From Escherichia phage phita32: a DNA stretch of 64,000 bases. The first letter of the stretch is position 1. Each line of letters begins with the position of its first letter. Shown here piece after piece: positions 54,336 to 64,000 of this stretch. A model generated the notes under the pieces. That model saw nothing but the letters and a program-made list of their open reading frames with translations, had not been told where the DNA came from and made no database searches. The DNA is taken from sequence record PQ758395; one strand, written 5' to 3'. The position numbers were made by a program, and so were the translations under genes.

Positions 54336-56651
54336 TTATAGTGCACAGCTTTCGCAATACGGATCTTCAACTGAACTATCTGCAATCAAAGGATAGTTCT
54401 TTCTGGTTTCATCTTCAGCCTGTTTCTTGGCATGAAGTTCCTCTGCCAAGGAGTCACCAGCACCAACCCTAGAGTTTAAATAATACCATGTCTTCATCCC
54501 GAATTTAGTGGCACGGATAAGGTACCCTAACTGCTCCTTCATTGAAATTTTACCATCTTTCAACTTGGTGTAGTCTATGTATAAATCCGCGCTGATTGCC
54601 TGACCTGTGAATTTTTGAATCACAGCATACATATCGATCATGTCGTTAGTATCAACGTCCCAAGCCGAGGTGTAATACTCTTTCAACTCATCATAGTCAG
54701 GAACGATAAACAGCACCTGCCCTTGTGGCGATTTTTTAAAGATAATGTGCTCACGGACAGGATAAACCCCATTAGTGGTGTTTGTTGCCAGCGAAGAGCT
54801 TTCATTAGGCATATATGCTTCAAGAACGCTATTACGTAGCCCACCATTTTCAATGATTTCTTTACGTAACCCTTCCCAATCCTGTTTAAGAGAAGGATCT
54901 TTCACCACGCTATCGACCTCTTTGTTATAGGTGTCGATTGGTAACCAACCTTCTGGATATTTTGTTTTATGCATCCACTCGCAGACACCCCGCTCTTTTG
55001 CCAACCGTAAACTTGCCTTATGCAAGCTGTAGCTGTGAAGTTCTGCAAGATCGTGAACAAGCTGTTTACTTTCAGGAGATCCGTAAGTAACCTTGTGGCT
55101 GGCAATAAAATGTGCAACATTGGTAAGGCCAACCCCGATGGATCTGCGTTTTTTAACAGTACTCTCCATATTTTCATACGGATATGTCATGATTTCCATA
55201 ACATTGTCAATCATAAGCACCGTGTAGTATGCAACATCCTCATACTCCTCTGGGGTAACCCTTCCAGCTACAAGAGATGACAGGAAGCACAATGCAACCT
55301 CACCATCATCAACATCGTACTTGAAGATATTACGCATATCTGAATAGCCTTTTGTCGGGAGGGCTATTTCTGCACACAGGTTACTTGAATAGATCACATC
55401 TTTAAAAGGTGTATGTCTATTCATCTCATCTGTCCAGTATACGTACAGCCTTCCCACCTCAGTACGCTGCGTGATCAGCTCAACAGCAAGATCTCTAGCC
55501 CGGATCCATGTCTTAGGAATACTGTCATCTTTAGCAATACGCTCAACCTCTGCATCGAACTCCTCCATAGACATGGTGAAGATACCCTCATGCAGTTGAG
55601 GAGCGTGCTTATAAGAAACAAGCATCCAATCTAAATTCTTAGCCACACGGTTGATAAACGACCTATTAATACCGATGGAGTAGTCCATGGTGTTGATTCT
55701 TTTTGAAGCAACAGTCATAGGGTTTCTCAAACGGATTAGCTCATCAATCTGCGGGTCCAGTGCAAGGAATGATACTGTTGCAGAACCGCCACGTGATTGT
55801 TGTCTGTTCTCCTTAACACCAGCATCAATACCTCGATAATATGGAATCTTACCCATGTGTTTAATAGTGTTACCGCGAACACCATCACCTGCAGATCTTG
55901 ATGATAAATAGTAGCCGATACCTGCTTGGTTAACCGTCATTGTGTACGCAACTTCACGTGCCACACCAATAGATTTTGCTGTATCGTCAGCTTTTATTAC
56001 ACAACAAGATGCATACCCTGTCTTACCTGTGCGCAGCCCGTTTAAGTACGGTGTCGGGGCATTGATCTTTAAGTCGGACAGATAAGTGTATAATTTTACA
56101 ACATCGTTGATACGACGTTCTTTCGGCATATTCTTCATGACAGCCATTGCTATCCCCATAAACATCATCTGGGGAGATTCAAACAAGGTGTCTTTAAGAG
56201 TATCCTTGATCCCGTATTTGTCGCGAAACTGTTTAAGGACTGCATAGCCATAACCGAGATCTTTACTGTGGTCAATAACAGCGTCTAAAGTGTTTAGCTC
56301 GGTAAAGCTATATCCCATATCCTCCCAATACCCTTTCTCAACCATGTCGTTGTAAAATGATGGTAAGGAAGGGATCTTTGTAAACCCTCCAAAAGCCTCT
56401 TTATAAATCTGACCAATAAGAACACGACCAGCCATACGGGAATGTGCTTCGTCTTTACGGCTAACACAGGAGTCTATGATAGCTTGGTTAACTTCTTTGG
56501 TTGTACATCCATCATACAGTCGTTTGTATGCATCCAGTGCAATATGTGACCAATTGCCGTTACCGTCGTCACCGAAAATAGCTGCCTTATTTAAACGTTC
56601 TGGATCGAATGCCACTCCACATCCGTTGCTTTTAATTACCTTGGTGATCAA
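54336..56651 (-). CDS. nrdA: ribonucleotide reductase class Ia alpha subunit
   Basis: 771 aa; ATP-cone VIKSNGCGVAFDPERL; large RNR catalytic body; adjacent to nrdB. Confidence 0.85.
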   Translation of the reverse strand: MITKVIKSNGCGVAFDPERLNKAAIFGDDGNGNWSHIALDAYKRLYDGCTTKEVNQAIIDSCVSRKDEAHSRMAGRVLIGQIYKEAFGGFTKIPSLPSFYNDMVEKGYWEDMGYSFTELNTLDAVIDHSKDLGYGYAVLKQFRDKYGIKDTLKDTLFESPQMMFMGIAMAVMKNMPKERRINDVVKLYTYLSDLKINAPTPYLNGLRTGKTGYASCCVIKADDTAKSIGVAREVAYTMTVNQAGIGYYLSSRSAGDGVRGNTIKHMGKIPYYRGIDAGVKENRQQSRGGSATVSFLALDPQIDELIRLRNPMTVASKRINTMDYSIGINRSFINRVAKNLDWMLVSYKHAPQLHEGIFTMSMEEFDAEVERIAKDDSIPKTWIRARDLAVELITQRTEVGRLYVYWTDEMNRHTPFKDVIYSSNLCAEIALPTKGYSDMRNIFKYDVDDGEVALCFLSSLVAGRVTPEEYEDVAYYTVLMIDNVMEIMTYPYENMESTVKKRRSIGVGLTNVAHFIASHKVTYGSPESKQLVHDLAELHSYSLHKASLRLAKERGVCEWMHKTKYPEGWLPIDTYNKEVDSVVKDPSLKQDWEGLRKEIIENGGLRNSVLEAYMPNESSSLATNTTNGVYPVREHIIFKKSPQGQVLFIVPDYDELKEYYTSAWDVDTNDMIDMYAVIQKFTGQAISADLYIDYTKLKDGKISMKEQLGYLIRATKFGMKTWYYLNSRVGAGDSLAEELHAKKQAEDETRKNYPLIADSSVEDPYCESCAL

Positions 56652-56899
56652 TTTGCTTCCTCCACTTCATCAACGTATTTATCAAGGCAGGTATCAGTAT
56701 CTTGCTGGATAAAGTTATCCTCTTCTACAGAGATATTTATAATTTTACCTGTATACTCGTCATAATAAACATCATCATACATTTTAATATCGTTTGTCAG
56801 GCCGTTGAACCAAAGCCAACCAACATATTCTGCCCGACTTGCAAAACCAAGATCCTTCCACTTGGAGTTATGACTCATCTTCACCACCTTAGCTTTCAA
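56648..56899 (-). CDS. hypothetical protein
   Basis: ORF, overlapping stop/start. Confidence 0.4.
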   Translation of the reverse strand: MKAKVVKMSHNSKWKDLGFASRAEYVGWLWFNGLTNDIKMYDDVYYDEYTGKIINISVEEDNFIQQDTDTCLDKYVDEVEEAN

Positions 56900-57389
56900 T
56901 ACCGAATAATTTTTCTAGGCGATGCAGATCTTCAAAATTGAAAGGTTCATCAACAATATGAATATCTTCAGCCTTTTCAGATTGTTTTGTATACTTTCTT
57001 ACATTAACACGATCCTCTACAGGGATATCATACGGAAGATCTTGAACAAGCATTGCCTCACCGGGTGCTTTATCTACATCTAAAATATCTACACCGTTAT
57101 ACATTTGCGGGTATCTAAAGTCTGCACGCATGACACCAGCAAATACATCTGCCTTTCGATAATGTGTTGGCTTATTTTTGCATCGAACGTTTTTTCCACG
57201 AAGAACATCAATACTTTTTAAATCAAACCCTACGGCAAAGAGTGCAGCTCGGAGACCGTTTCGTGTGCGAACGTTAAACCCTGGAACGGTAGATAGGAAA
57301 TCCAAAGTAACTGAAATAAATGTCTTTTTAGGAATCATAACATTACTCATATCTGTCTCCATTTCTGGCTCACCAACAAAGTGAGCCAT
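56889..57389 (-). CDS. hypothetical protein
   Basis: 166-aa ORF in nucleotide-metabolism operon; no motif assigned. Confidence 0.4.
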   Translation of the reverse strand: MAHFVGEPEMETDMSNVMIPKKTFISVTLDFLSTVPGFNVRTRNGLRAALFAVGFDLKSIDVLRGKNVRCKNKPTHYRKADVFAGVMRADFRYPQMYNGVDILDVDKAPGEAMLVQDLPYDIPVEDRVNVRKYTKQSEKAEDIHIVDEPFNFEDLHRLEKLFGIES

Positions 57390-57448
57390 TATTATAGATT
57401 ATCTGATAATATTAGTCAACACAGAAGTTACCTATCGCTGTGATAGGA

Positions 57449-58432
57449 TTAACCTTTCACGAAGTGGTTATTAAGCAGTTGTCTGTGCTGAACCCACCCA
57501 CAAAAGTTGGCAGACCAGAATTTACCATCACGGTCTTGATGGGTTACACCTTCCTGCCAAACACAGCTGTCTTGTGTGATTTCACATGAAGATAGATAGT
57601 AGTTTAAACGTTCCATTGCGTTATCGTGATCCATAGGTGTTGCCTGGTGCTCGTAAGGGCTTGCATGAATACGATCCCCACCAATCAATTTTTTAGCCAC
57701 ACTGTCTGCCTTTTCAAAAGTGCTGTCAATATTTCGATAAGATACTTGTGCACAGCAACTAGCACTAATAGACAGAGCTTCTCCAGTATCGAGAATGCAA
57801 AGCTTTCCTTCTGTGTCACGTACAGCATAGTTAAACTCGCCGTCCAAATAAACGTGCTCTACATATGGTGTGTGCCATTGACCAGGTTTAAGGATTTCAG
57901 GAGTGCTATTCATAAGAGCCTCCCACATGCAATTAGCCAACATCTGAATAGTAGGGTCAGCATCGTGCCAGCAACGGAGATGGAAGAAATTATTCCACTC
58001 TGTGCTTGTTACAACTGTTTTCATGCGCTGAAACGGCTCCACTAAACGGTTACATACTTGCTTATGGTAACCAGCAAGGGCGAACTTCTCTGCATGCCAA
58101 GCGGCGTTTTTTGCAGCTTCTTTCCAAAACTCTTCAGGAGTTAACTCCATGTCAGTGTACTCTACACGGATCTTTTGATCGTGTTCCCCACCATCTTCCA
58201 TCCCCCGCTTATTTACACCGAAGCGAACTGGCATTGCCGGATTCTCCACAATCTGTTGTAGCATCTTGCCGACAGGCACTGCACGGGAAGACATGGCGTT
58301 TCGGCTGAACACTCGATGTGTCATAAGCTCTGAGTGAATAATTCGAGGATACTCTAGCTCAAAAGTGGTGATACGCTTACCTTTCTCGGAAATACTGTCA
58401 GCAATGATCTTTGCAGTGCACAGTTTTAGCAT
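57449..58432 (-). CDS. thyX: flavin-dependent thymidylate synthase
   Basis: ThyX signature HSELMTHRVFSRNAMSSRA (RHR-x7-S variant) and downstream R..DADPTIQ region, comparable to Thermotoga ThyX. Confidence 0.65.
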   Translation of the reverse strand: MLKLCTAKIIADSISEKGKRITTFELEYPRIIHSELMTHRVFSRNAMSSRAVPVGKMLQQIVENPAMPVRFGVNKRGMEDGGEHDQKIRVEYTDMELTPEEFWKEAAKNAAWHAEKFALAGYHKQVCNRLVEPFQRMKTVVTSTEWNNFFHLRCWHDADPTIQMLANCMWEALMNSTPEILKPGQWHTPYVEHVYLDGEFNYAVRDTEGKLCILDTGEALSISASCCAQVSYRNIDSTFEKADSVAKKLIGGDRIHASPYEHQATPMDHDNAMERLNYYLSSCEITQDSCVWQEGVTHQDRDGKFWSANFCGWVQHRQLLNNHFVKG

Positions 58433-58632
58433 TATTTAGCTCTCCTTGTTTTAATTTTGGAAATTTCGTCTGGGTTTATGTTAGCCTTAAATGCAAGATA
58501 TCTGTTAAACATATCAGAGCACATGTCTTGGGTGATCCTGGAGGCATACACTAGCTTACCACCCAGATCATATACCTCCAGCCAGTCACCGTATCTGACT
58601 ACAGGATCGCCACCTTTAGAACATCTGCCCAT
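58432..58632 (-). CDS. hypothetical protein
   Basis: short ORF, overlapping stop/start. Confidence 0.4.
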   Translation of the reverse strand: MGRCSKGGDPVVRYGDWLEVYDLGGKLVYASRITQDMCSDMFNRYLAFKANINPDEISKIKTRRAK

Positions 58633-58633
58633 T

Positions 58634-59227
58634 TCAAATACCTTCTAAAAACTTTCCTATTTTATACCAGCTATTAGTGGTATAGTCAACACTGACCTTT
58701 AACTCCTCGAATTGCTCATAAGGTGTGTCTTTTAGGATTTTAATAACTTCAGGTCGTGAAGCGAATTGGTTCAGGTATTCATGCCTGTCGTCAATTATAA
58801 CATCTACAGCCACATTACCTTTGAAATGTGTGGCGTAGAAGCCGTGACCCTGGGTGTGATCATCCAGATCCATAAAATCACTGGTCCAACGCTTTAAGAA
58901 CCTTGATTTAGATGCAAGGTGACCTTTCTTGCATACCGAGATAAATGCGAGCTTGTGACCGCGAGCCACCAAATCTTTCATAACCTCAATAGCCCCCTCT
59001 TCAGGCTTAAGAAAGTCGTAGAGGAACGGATCACTCCAGAAATCAAAAGGTCCTATGATGTTTTCTTTGGGGCGATCAGGCCAATACTTTGACAGATCGT
59101 AATACATCAGCCCATTAGAAGGTTTAACGACTGTCTTACTGGCTGGACCATACAAACGCTCCAACCACTCCCACCATGCTGTTCCTGAATCTACCAGTGT
59201 CAAATCTACATCAATTCCGATTAACAT
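58634..59227 (-). CDS. HAD-superfamily phosphatase, 5'(3')-deoxyribonucleotidase-like
   Basis: N-terminal IGIDVDLTLVDSG resembles HAD motif I (DxDxT). Confidence 0.45.
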   Translation of the reverse strand: MLIGIDVDLTLVDSGTAWWEWLERLYGPASKTVVKPSNGLMYYDLSKYWPDRPKENIIGPFDFWSDPFLYDFLKPEEGAIEVMKDLVARGHKLAFISVCKKGHLASKSRFLKRWTSDFMDLDDHTQGHGFYATHFKGNVAVDVIIDDRHEYLNQFASRPEVIKILKDTPYEQFEELKVSVDYTTNSWYKIGKFLEGI

Positions 59228-59838
59228 TCTTCTTGTGCCTCTTTAGCATCAATATACTTGCACACAATCTCCGATGCACATTCCCAAGGTGCACCTTCAG
59301 GATTTACAACATCGAACTCAATCCCTTTTATTCCGTTCTTTTCCAGACTTAGATAGGTTCTGGAATCATTTCCCCAGTCATATCCGACACGGTGAATACG
59401 GAACAACAACAGATCTCCACCTGTGCTGTATGCGTACTCGCTAAGGCATGCCAGCTCCTCTTTGAAGCCACCATCGGAGTAAACAACAACCCCTTTACCT
59501 TTAGGGAAATCTTTCTTCAAAGATTCGACTGCGGCTTTACCGAAAGCATCTTCACCAAAAATAGGTTTAATCAGATTTTCACTACAATGGATCATCCATT
59601 CTCGCGGAGAAACATGCTTGCCGTCTATCATTAAGAAAGGGCAAGGCTCTTCTTTGTAGTGGCGGTCATAAAGTGCATTCCAGAGCTGAGGAGTTACACC
59701 AGCTGCCTTAATTGCCACACTGAATAGCATCTCCTTAACCTCACGGTGGTGTGAGTTAGGAATAGCTTCCAACAAGAGATCTGCAATGTGATCCTTACCA
59801 CTGCTAGGTGGGGCGTTAAGAACAATAATATCCATCAA
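59221..59838 (-). CDS. deoxynucleoside monophosphate kinase-like P-loop kinase
   Basis: N-terminal IIVLNAPPSSGKDHIADLL resembles T4 gp1 dNMP kinase LIFLSGVKRSGKDTTADFI. Confidence 0.55.
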   Translation of the reverse strand: MMDIIVLNAPPSSGKDHIADLLLEAIPNSHHREVKEMLFSVAIKAAGVTPQLWNALYDRHYKEEPCPFLMIDGKHVSPREWMIHCSENLIKPIFGEDAFGKAAVESLKKDFPKGKGVVVYSDGGFKEELACLSEYAYSTGGDLLLFRIHRVGYDWGNDSRTYLSLEKNGIKGIEFDVVNPEGAPWECASEIVCKYIDAKEAQEEC

Positions 59839-60038
59839 AAACCTCCGTGGTATTCTTCAACTGCATCAATAATACTTTTACACTTATCTACCAGCTCGTT
59901 AGCCACTACAGCATCGTCTTCCCAAACAGCTTCCTCGATCTGATCAAGCAATGATCGCATCTTACCCATCATTTCTGGGATAAAGTTTTCTGAAAAGCTG
60001 TCTGGAATTGTTAACTTTAGTGTCATTGCGGTCCCCAA
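59835..60038 (-). CDS. hypothetical protein
   Basis: short ORF, overlapping stop/start. Confidence 0.4.
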   Translation of the reverse strand: MGTAMTLKLTIPDSFSENFIPEMMGKMRSLLDQIEEAVWEDDAVVANELVDKCKSIIDAVEEYHGGF

Positions 60039-60053
60039 TCATACTATACGTTA

Positions 60054-60512
60054 TTAGAAGTTTGTTTTTACACGTCCCTTTTCATCGACCTCGTTATTAG
60101 CTAAAAGCGTTACAAAGTCTGTGAAACGGACATGAAGAACTCTTTTCTTATCAAGGTATCCTAAAGCCACCCCTGAGAAATTTAGCATCAAAGGGGCTAA
60201 AGAAGCTCTGGCACTGAAATGCTGTTGTTCTACCCTTCCAACACCCTTAGTGTAGGATGGGTTAAGATTGTAAGTTCTGAATCCTAGTTTTGTTGGAGCT
60301 TTAGAATTAAAAACAACTTTATAGCGTTTCTTACTCAACTTATGCTCCAGGATAAGCATTCCCTTATCACCCTTGATAAGTTGAAAATCTGTAAAGTGCT
60401 CTTTTAAGACGAAAGGTAGTGCCAGCCCCATCGCCTGCCCCCTTTGTACCGCTGTCTCACCAAAAGCTTTTGCATCAGTAAGTTCTTTGGTCAAGTCTAT
60501 GCTTTTGATCAT
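60054..60512 (-). CDS. hypothetical protein
   Basis: ORF; overlaps 3' end of the MTase ORF by 38 nt, so one boundary is uncertain. Confidence 0.4.
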   Translation of the reverse strand: MIKSIDLTKELTDAKAFGETAVQRGQAMGLALPFVLKEHFTDFQLIKGDKGMLILEHKLSKKRYKVVFNSKAPTKLGFRTYNLNPSYTKGVGRVEQQHFSARASLAPLMLNFSGVALGYLDKKRVLHVRFTDFVTLLANNEVDEKGRVKTNF

Positions 60513-61323
60513 ACCTAGTCTCCAAAATGTATTGTAGTTCTTTCTTACCTATACTCTTCATTCCGGCAGTCTTACCTGCTTCTTCTTGAAAAGAAGAATA
60601 GCATTCAGCAAACACTCTGTCAACACCGTCAACTAAAGATTTTATGAAATATGTTGATTCTTCAGATTTTGGGTCATCATCCCCCAATACTTTTCCAGCA
60701 TTATACCCAACACGTCTTACACAGAAGTCGTAGTCATCTGGTGTGCTAAAAGAAAATAACTTATTCTCTCCAATCTTTACAGGATCCCTATTGCACTCCT
60801 TTTTCTCCCAAATTTGGAAAACACATGGCACGTCATAAGGTTTGCCATTAAGTAAAAACGAGTTCTTAGGGCACCTTTCGCTGTAGACAAGGTGCATCGA
60901 CATGTCCAGTTTGTTTGCAAAAAATATTTTTTCAAATGTCCGTGGCAAGATGAAGGCTATAGCCCCTCCAGGCTCTAGCAATGATGCACAATGGTTAAAG
61001 AATTTGCAAGCTAAAGATGAATTCTTGCCAAAGGGTGGGTTACCTATGAAGACATCTGCCTTGGGATGCACCTCCAAGAAGTTTGCCTGAATGCACGGTG
61101 TTGGTCCTTCAAATTCAGGATCTGGTACTAAATCGTACGACAGTATCTCTGAAAATAGTTTTGAAAAAGAACCCCTTCCAGCAGAAGGCTCAACGTATGC
61201 ACAATTCCCATACTTATCTTTTACTTTACCAACAAGGTATTCTGCATACTCAGGGTTTGTGTAATATTTGTCGTTGGACTCTTTCTTACTCAAAGTGCCT
61301 CCAAAAGGAAAAGGGAGGCGCAA
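60475..61323 (-). CDS. DNA N6-adenine methyltransferase
   Basis: Motif I-like YVEPSAGRGSF and motif IV FIGNPPFG (NPPF). Confidence 0.7.
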   Translation of the reverse strand: MRLPFPFGGTLSKKESNDKYYTNPEYAEYLVGKVKDKYGNCAYVEPSAGRGSFSKLFSEILSYDLVPDPEFEGPTPCIQANFLEVHPKADVFIGNPPFGKNSSLACKFFNHCASLLEPGGAIAFILPRTFEKIFFANKLDMSMHLVYSERCPKNSFLLNGKPYDVPCVFQIWEKKECNRDPVKIGENKLFSFSTPDDYDFCVRRVGYNAGKVLGDDDPKSEESTYFIKSLVDGVDRVFAECYSSFQEEAGKTAGMKSIGKKELQYILETRYDQKHRLDQRTY

Positions 61324-61338
61324 GCCTCCCTATACTTG

Positions 61339-62322
61339 TTAGATTATCTGAATCAGGGTGTTTTTCATTTCTTCTCTGGTACGGATGTTGTTACGGTCAC
61401 GAACAACAGATCCACAACCTTCGCAGCGGTATGTTTTAAATGCACTCAGCTGAGTATACGCCAAAGCTTCTTCCTCGTGAAGGTGTTCTCCACCACAGCG
61501 TGGGCAACGAACTTTTGGCTCCTCATCCTGGTAGTACAATGACATGTTGGGGTGCTGCTTAGCAAACGGGCGCGCCAGCAAATACAGGCCTTCCAGAGAT
61601 AGGATATCACCAACATTGTACTCCCGCATCTGTTTAAACGCCTCAAGATCACCGTGAACACACTTGATCCACATTTCAAATGTGTGGTCAATCAGTTTCT
61701 GTCGGGCAAGTTGGAAGTATTTGCATGCATACTCCAAAGTGTTTGCATTCAAACGGAATGCCTTCTTGATCATTTTAAGGGTGTCAACCTCTTTGTATGG
61801 GCTTGTTGGCGGAAACCCGTGAAATGCAAATCGTTGGTTGGCCCACCCACAGTCAAAACCTGAATTGTGGGCTACTGCGACATCACATTTATCCAGATAA
61901 TACCACAAGTCCTGAATCAATTCGAGATCATTGTGAATATCCTCATCCCACATTTTGTAATCAGGAAGAGCGCAGTCAACCACACTAGGACTGTCTAACC
62001 ACTTACCTGCGAAAGTTAGCATATAGGGCATAATTTCAATACCGCAGGTTTGAATGTTGGTCTTATAGTGCCCAAAGAACCAGCCGTTTGTTGGGGATGT
62101 CTCTGTATCATACACCCAAACTTTAGCGCCTTTGTGTTCTTCAAGGAAGCGCTCCGTTGCCTCTCCTACAATCTCTGACATATTCTCTTGTGCACGTTTA
62201 AGCTGTAGTCGGATCCAGCTCTCACGTGACTCACGGCCTAAAAATTCACGGGCAATTTGTCTATTAGTGTATCCCTGTTGCTTTAGTGTTAAAATTTGCT
62301 CAAGAGTTAACTTTGTCATCAT
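61339..62322 (-). CDS. DEDD-type 3'-5' exonuclease with N-terminal HTH and C-terminal zinc ribbon
   Basis: Exo I VWVYDTET, Exo II VAVAHNSGFD; N-terminal LKQQGYTNRQIAREF HTH-like; C-terminal CPRCGG..CEGCG. Confidence 0.55.
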   Translation of the reverse strand: MMTKLTLEQILTLKQQGYTNRQIAREFLGRESRESWIRLQLKRAQENMSEIVGEATERFLEEHKGAKVWVYDTETSPTNGWFFGHYKTNIQTCGIEIMPYMLTFAGKWLDSPSVVDCALPDYKMWDEDIHNDLELIQDLWYYLDKCDVAVAHNSGFDCGWANQRFAFHGFPPTSPYKEVDTLKMIKKAFRLNANTLEYACKYFQLARQKLIDHTFEMWIKCVHGDLEAFKQMREYNVGDILSLEGLYLLARPFAKQHPNMSLYYQDEEPKVRCPRCGGEHLHEEEALAYTQLSAFKTYRCEGCGSVVRDRNNIRTREEMKNTLIQII

Positions 62323-62334
62323 CGTTAAGATTCC

Positions 62335-62556
62335 TTAGTAAAACTGAAGAATGTCTTTTAAAGCGAAGTCACGATATTCGCCCTTGTCTACATCAAAGGC
62401 ACGCATCAACCACTGCTCTTCTTTATGATACTCTGTAGAGCCAAACCATAAATTAGGCTCAGTAACGCAGCGATCTGCAACAACACCTTTCCAGTTACGG
62501 TATTTCATCCTGATCAGGACTGAGTCGCAAGGATTGAATACCTTTTTCATCCCCAT
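62335..62556 (-). CDS. hypothetical protein
   Basis: short ORF. Confidence 0.4.
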   Translation of the reverse strand: MGMKKVFNPCDSVLIRMKYRNWKGVVADRCVTEPNLWFGSTEYHKEEQWLMRAFDVDKGEYRDFALKDILQFY

Positions 62557-63100
62557 AGAAATCTCTCTCCTCAGTTTTCTTTATAAACTCCTGCATGTAG
62601 GACTCAATAGCCTCATGCTTGGTGCACTCTGGATTAATGACAAGATTGAGATCTGATTCTGCTCGTGCAATAATCGTAGCTTTAGAGCATCTCCTCAAGA
62701 ACTTTGTCATATCATCTCTGTAGTTTTTGTGGAGCGGGAAGTCGCTGTAGTCTTTCTCCAGATAGTCAGCCATCCGGCGCAACGCCTCTGATAAACTGCA
62801 ATCTGTATACTCGTTACAGTATTTCATCCAGTATTTAAGCACATACCCCTCAAAGGTATTAGTGCACTGAGACAAAACACCCCTGCAACGACCAGTCAGA
62901 TGATCATGATCTAAACAAGGCTTACGAAGTGGCTCGCACAAGATCGGATCAAGACCATCCTGCTCCTCTGACAATTCTTTTCGAAAGTTGGCTATGTCCT
63001 TAGAATCTTTTAGCCACCCGCTATGAACGGGGGCTTTGACAGCTTTCTTTCTTATTTTACGCTTTGCGATAACCCCTCCAGATGCGCCCTGCCTATCCAA
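62495..63100 (-). CDS. endonuclease VII-like (HNH-type) junction-resolving nuclease
   Basis: PCLDHDHLTGRCRGVLSQCTN matches the T4 endonuclease VII signature HLDHDH..G.VRGLLC..CN. Confidence 0.65.
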   Translation of the reverse strand: MDRQGASGGVIAKRKIRKKAVKAPVHSGWLKDSKDIANFRKELSEEQDGLDPILCEPLRKPCLDHDHLTGRCRGVLSQCTNTFEGYVLKYWMKYCNEYTDCSLSEALRRMADYLEKDYSDFPLHKNYRDDMTKFLRRCSKATIIARAESDLNLVINPECTKHEAIESYMQEFIKKTEERDFYGDEKGIQSLRLSPDQDEIP

Positions 63101-63681
63101 TAAGCATCTGCGAGATCGGCCTTACCTTGTACCAAATTGATCCCATCTAGGAACCCTGGTTCAGATACTTCGCAGGCCTTAACCATCAACTTTTTATCCA
63201 TCGTAACAGGTTTCTTCACAGTATGCTCTTTACCTGTCTTTTTGTCAAGCTTTTTCTTCTCCTCAAAAGCAAGTTCTTCAGGAAGATGACTACGAGCAAA
63301 CTTTTTGGCAGTTGTTGGTGTCACTGTGTGAACCTTAAACAGGCCGTCATTTTCACAATCAGCTAAAGCATCCCAAAGCATAACTTCGAGACCGTAAAAC
63401 AACCCAGCCAGTTCACGTGTGGCATCCCCGCGAGATCCGAAGGAAAGTCCTTCCATAACCACGGTGTCAACTCCGTGCGTGTGGATATAATATCTGACCT
63501 GTTTGCAGATCCAGTCAATACGCTCAGCAGCTGTTGCAAAAGAAACCGTCCCTGGTTTCTTCTCTTTTGCAGATGAGCTTTGAGTTCGTAACACAACCTT
63601 ATGAACAGGCTTTCCATCGTCCCATACAACGCAAGCTGTGTGTGTCAACGACTGGTCTATGGATAATAGACGCTCTCTCAT
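63052..63681 (-). CDS. hypothetical protein, possibly RuvC/RNase H-fold nuclease
   Basis: Weak resemblance only: LSIDQSLTHTACVVW and DTVVMEGLSFGS loosely recall RuvC-like resolvase motifs. Confidence 0.3.
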   Translation of the reverse strand: MRERLLSIDQSLTHTACVVWDDGKPVHKVVLRTQSSSAKEKKPGTVSFATAAERIDWICKQVRYYIHTHGVDTVVMEGLSFGSRGDATRELAGLFYGLEVMLWDALADCENDGLFKVHTVTPTTAKKFARSHLPEELAFEEKKKLDKKTGKEHTVKKPVTMDKKLMVKACEVSEPGFLDGINLVQGKADLADAYWIGRAHLEGLSQSVK

Positions 63682-63980
63682 ACTTCCTCATCCTCCTCTC
63701 CTTCATCAGGAGCATAAGCCTTATCTTTGAACAAGACGAGAGAGCAAAGCTTAACATCTGTTTCCACACTGGTGAACATGCATAACCGCTCGCCCTCAAT
63801 CAGTTCACAATCCTCTTTTAAAACAGCAGACCATACACGGTCATCTGCGTAATCATCAGTGTACAGGATGTATGAAATGGTGTCATCTTCATACAACCGC
63901 CACATACCTGTGGCAACAACGAATGTATTTTTTGTTTTAAGTGTCCCTGTTGTATGATCATCCTCAAAAACAGCTTCCAT
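63678..63980 (-). CDS. hypothetical protein
   Basis: ORF, overlapping stop/start; start codon 63978-63980 lies inside the window. Confidence 0.4.
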   Translation of the reverse strand: MEAVFEDDHTTGTLKTKNTFVVATGMWRLYEDDTISYILYTDDYADDRVWSAVLKEDCELIEGERLCMFTSVETDVKLCSLVLFKDKAYAPDEGEEDEEV

Positions 63981-64000
63981 AATTGCACTATCTACAGAAT

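Noticed and set aside
56889-57389. dUTPase or dCMP deaminase assignment for the 166-aa protein
   Set aside because: Could not find dUTPase motifs (such as GxxDxxYxGE) or the deaminase zinc motif HAE..CxxC; left as hypothetical.

Overview
The window reads as part of a large virulent dsDNA bacteriophage genome with E. coli-type sigma70 promoters; everything below is from reading the sequence and ORF track by eye, with no database search run. Layout: (1) 1-18.9 kb, rightward replication module: Dda/PIF1-like helicase, Toprim primase-helicase, family A DNA polymerase split by an ORF-less group I intron, HNH homing endonucleases, SSB-tip protein, macro-domain protein. (2) 18.9-19.9 kb, ORF-poor repeat region with Fur-box-like sites. 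(3) 20.0-30.4 kb, rightward array of about 30 small accessory genes, most with their own near-consensus promoter and a GC-rich 5'-leader hairpin; 23-bp inverted GC-rich elements lie at both ends. (4) 30.45-33.0 kb, a 2.6-kb ORF-free, repeat-dense region between convergent gene blocks; no tRNA or CRISPR signature seen. (5) 33.0-64 kb, leftward block: paralogous small acidic proteins (one frameshifted), HPF/RaiA homologue, two N6-type MTases, ClpP-like protease, PhoH, NrdG, NrdD split by two HNH-encoding group I introns, glutaredoxin, NrdB, NrdA, ThyX, dNMP kinase, DEDD exonuclease, Endo VII-like nuclease. The most likely candidates for undescribed biology are the 2.6-kb ORF-free region, the promoter-rich accessory array with its flanking inverted elements, and the phage-borne HPF and macro-domain genes. 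Several track ORF starts were moved to in-frame starts with better Shine-Dalgarno support; a few sub-60-aa ORFs absent from the track are added at low confidence.
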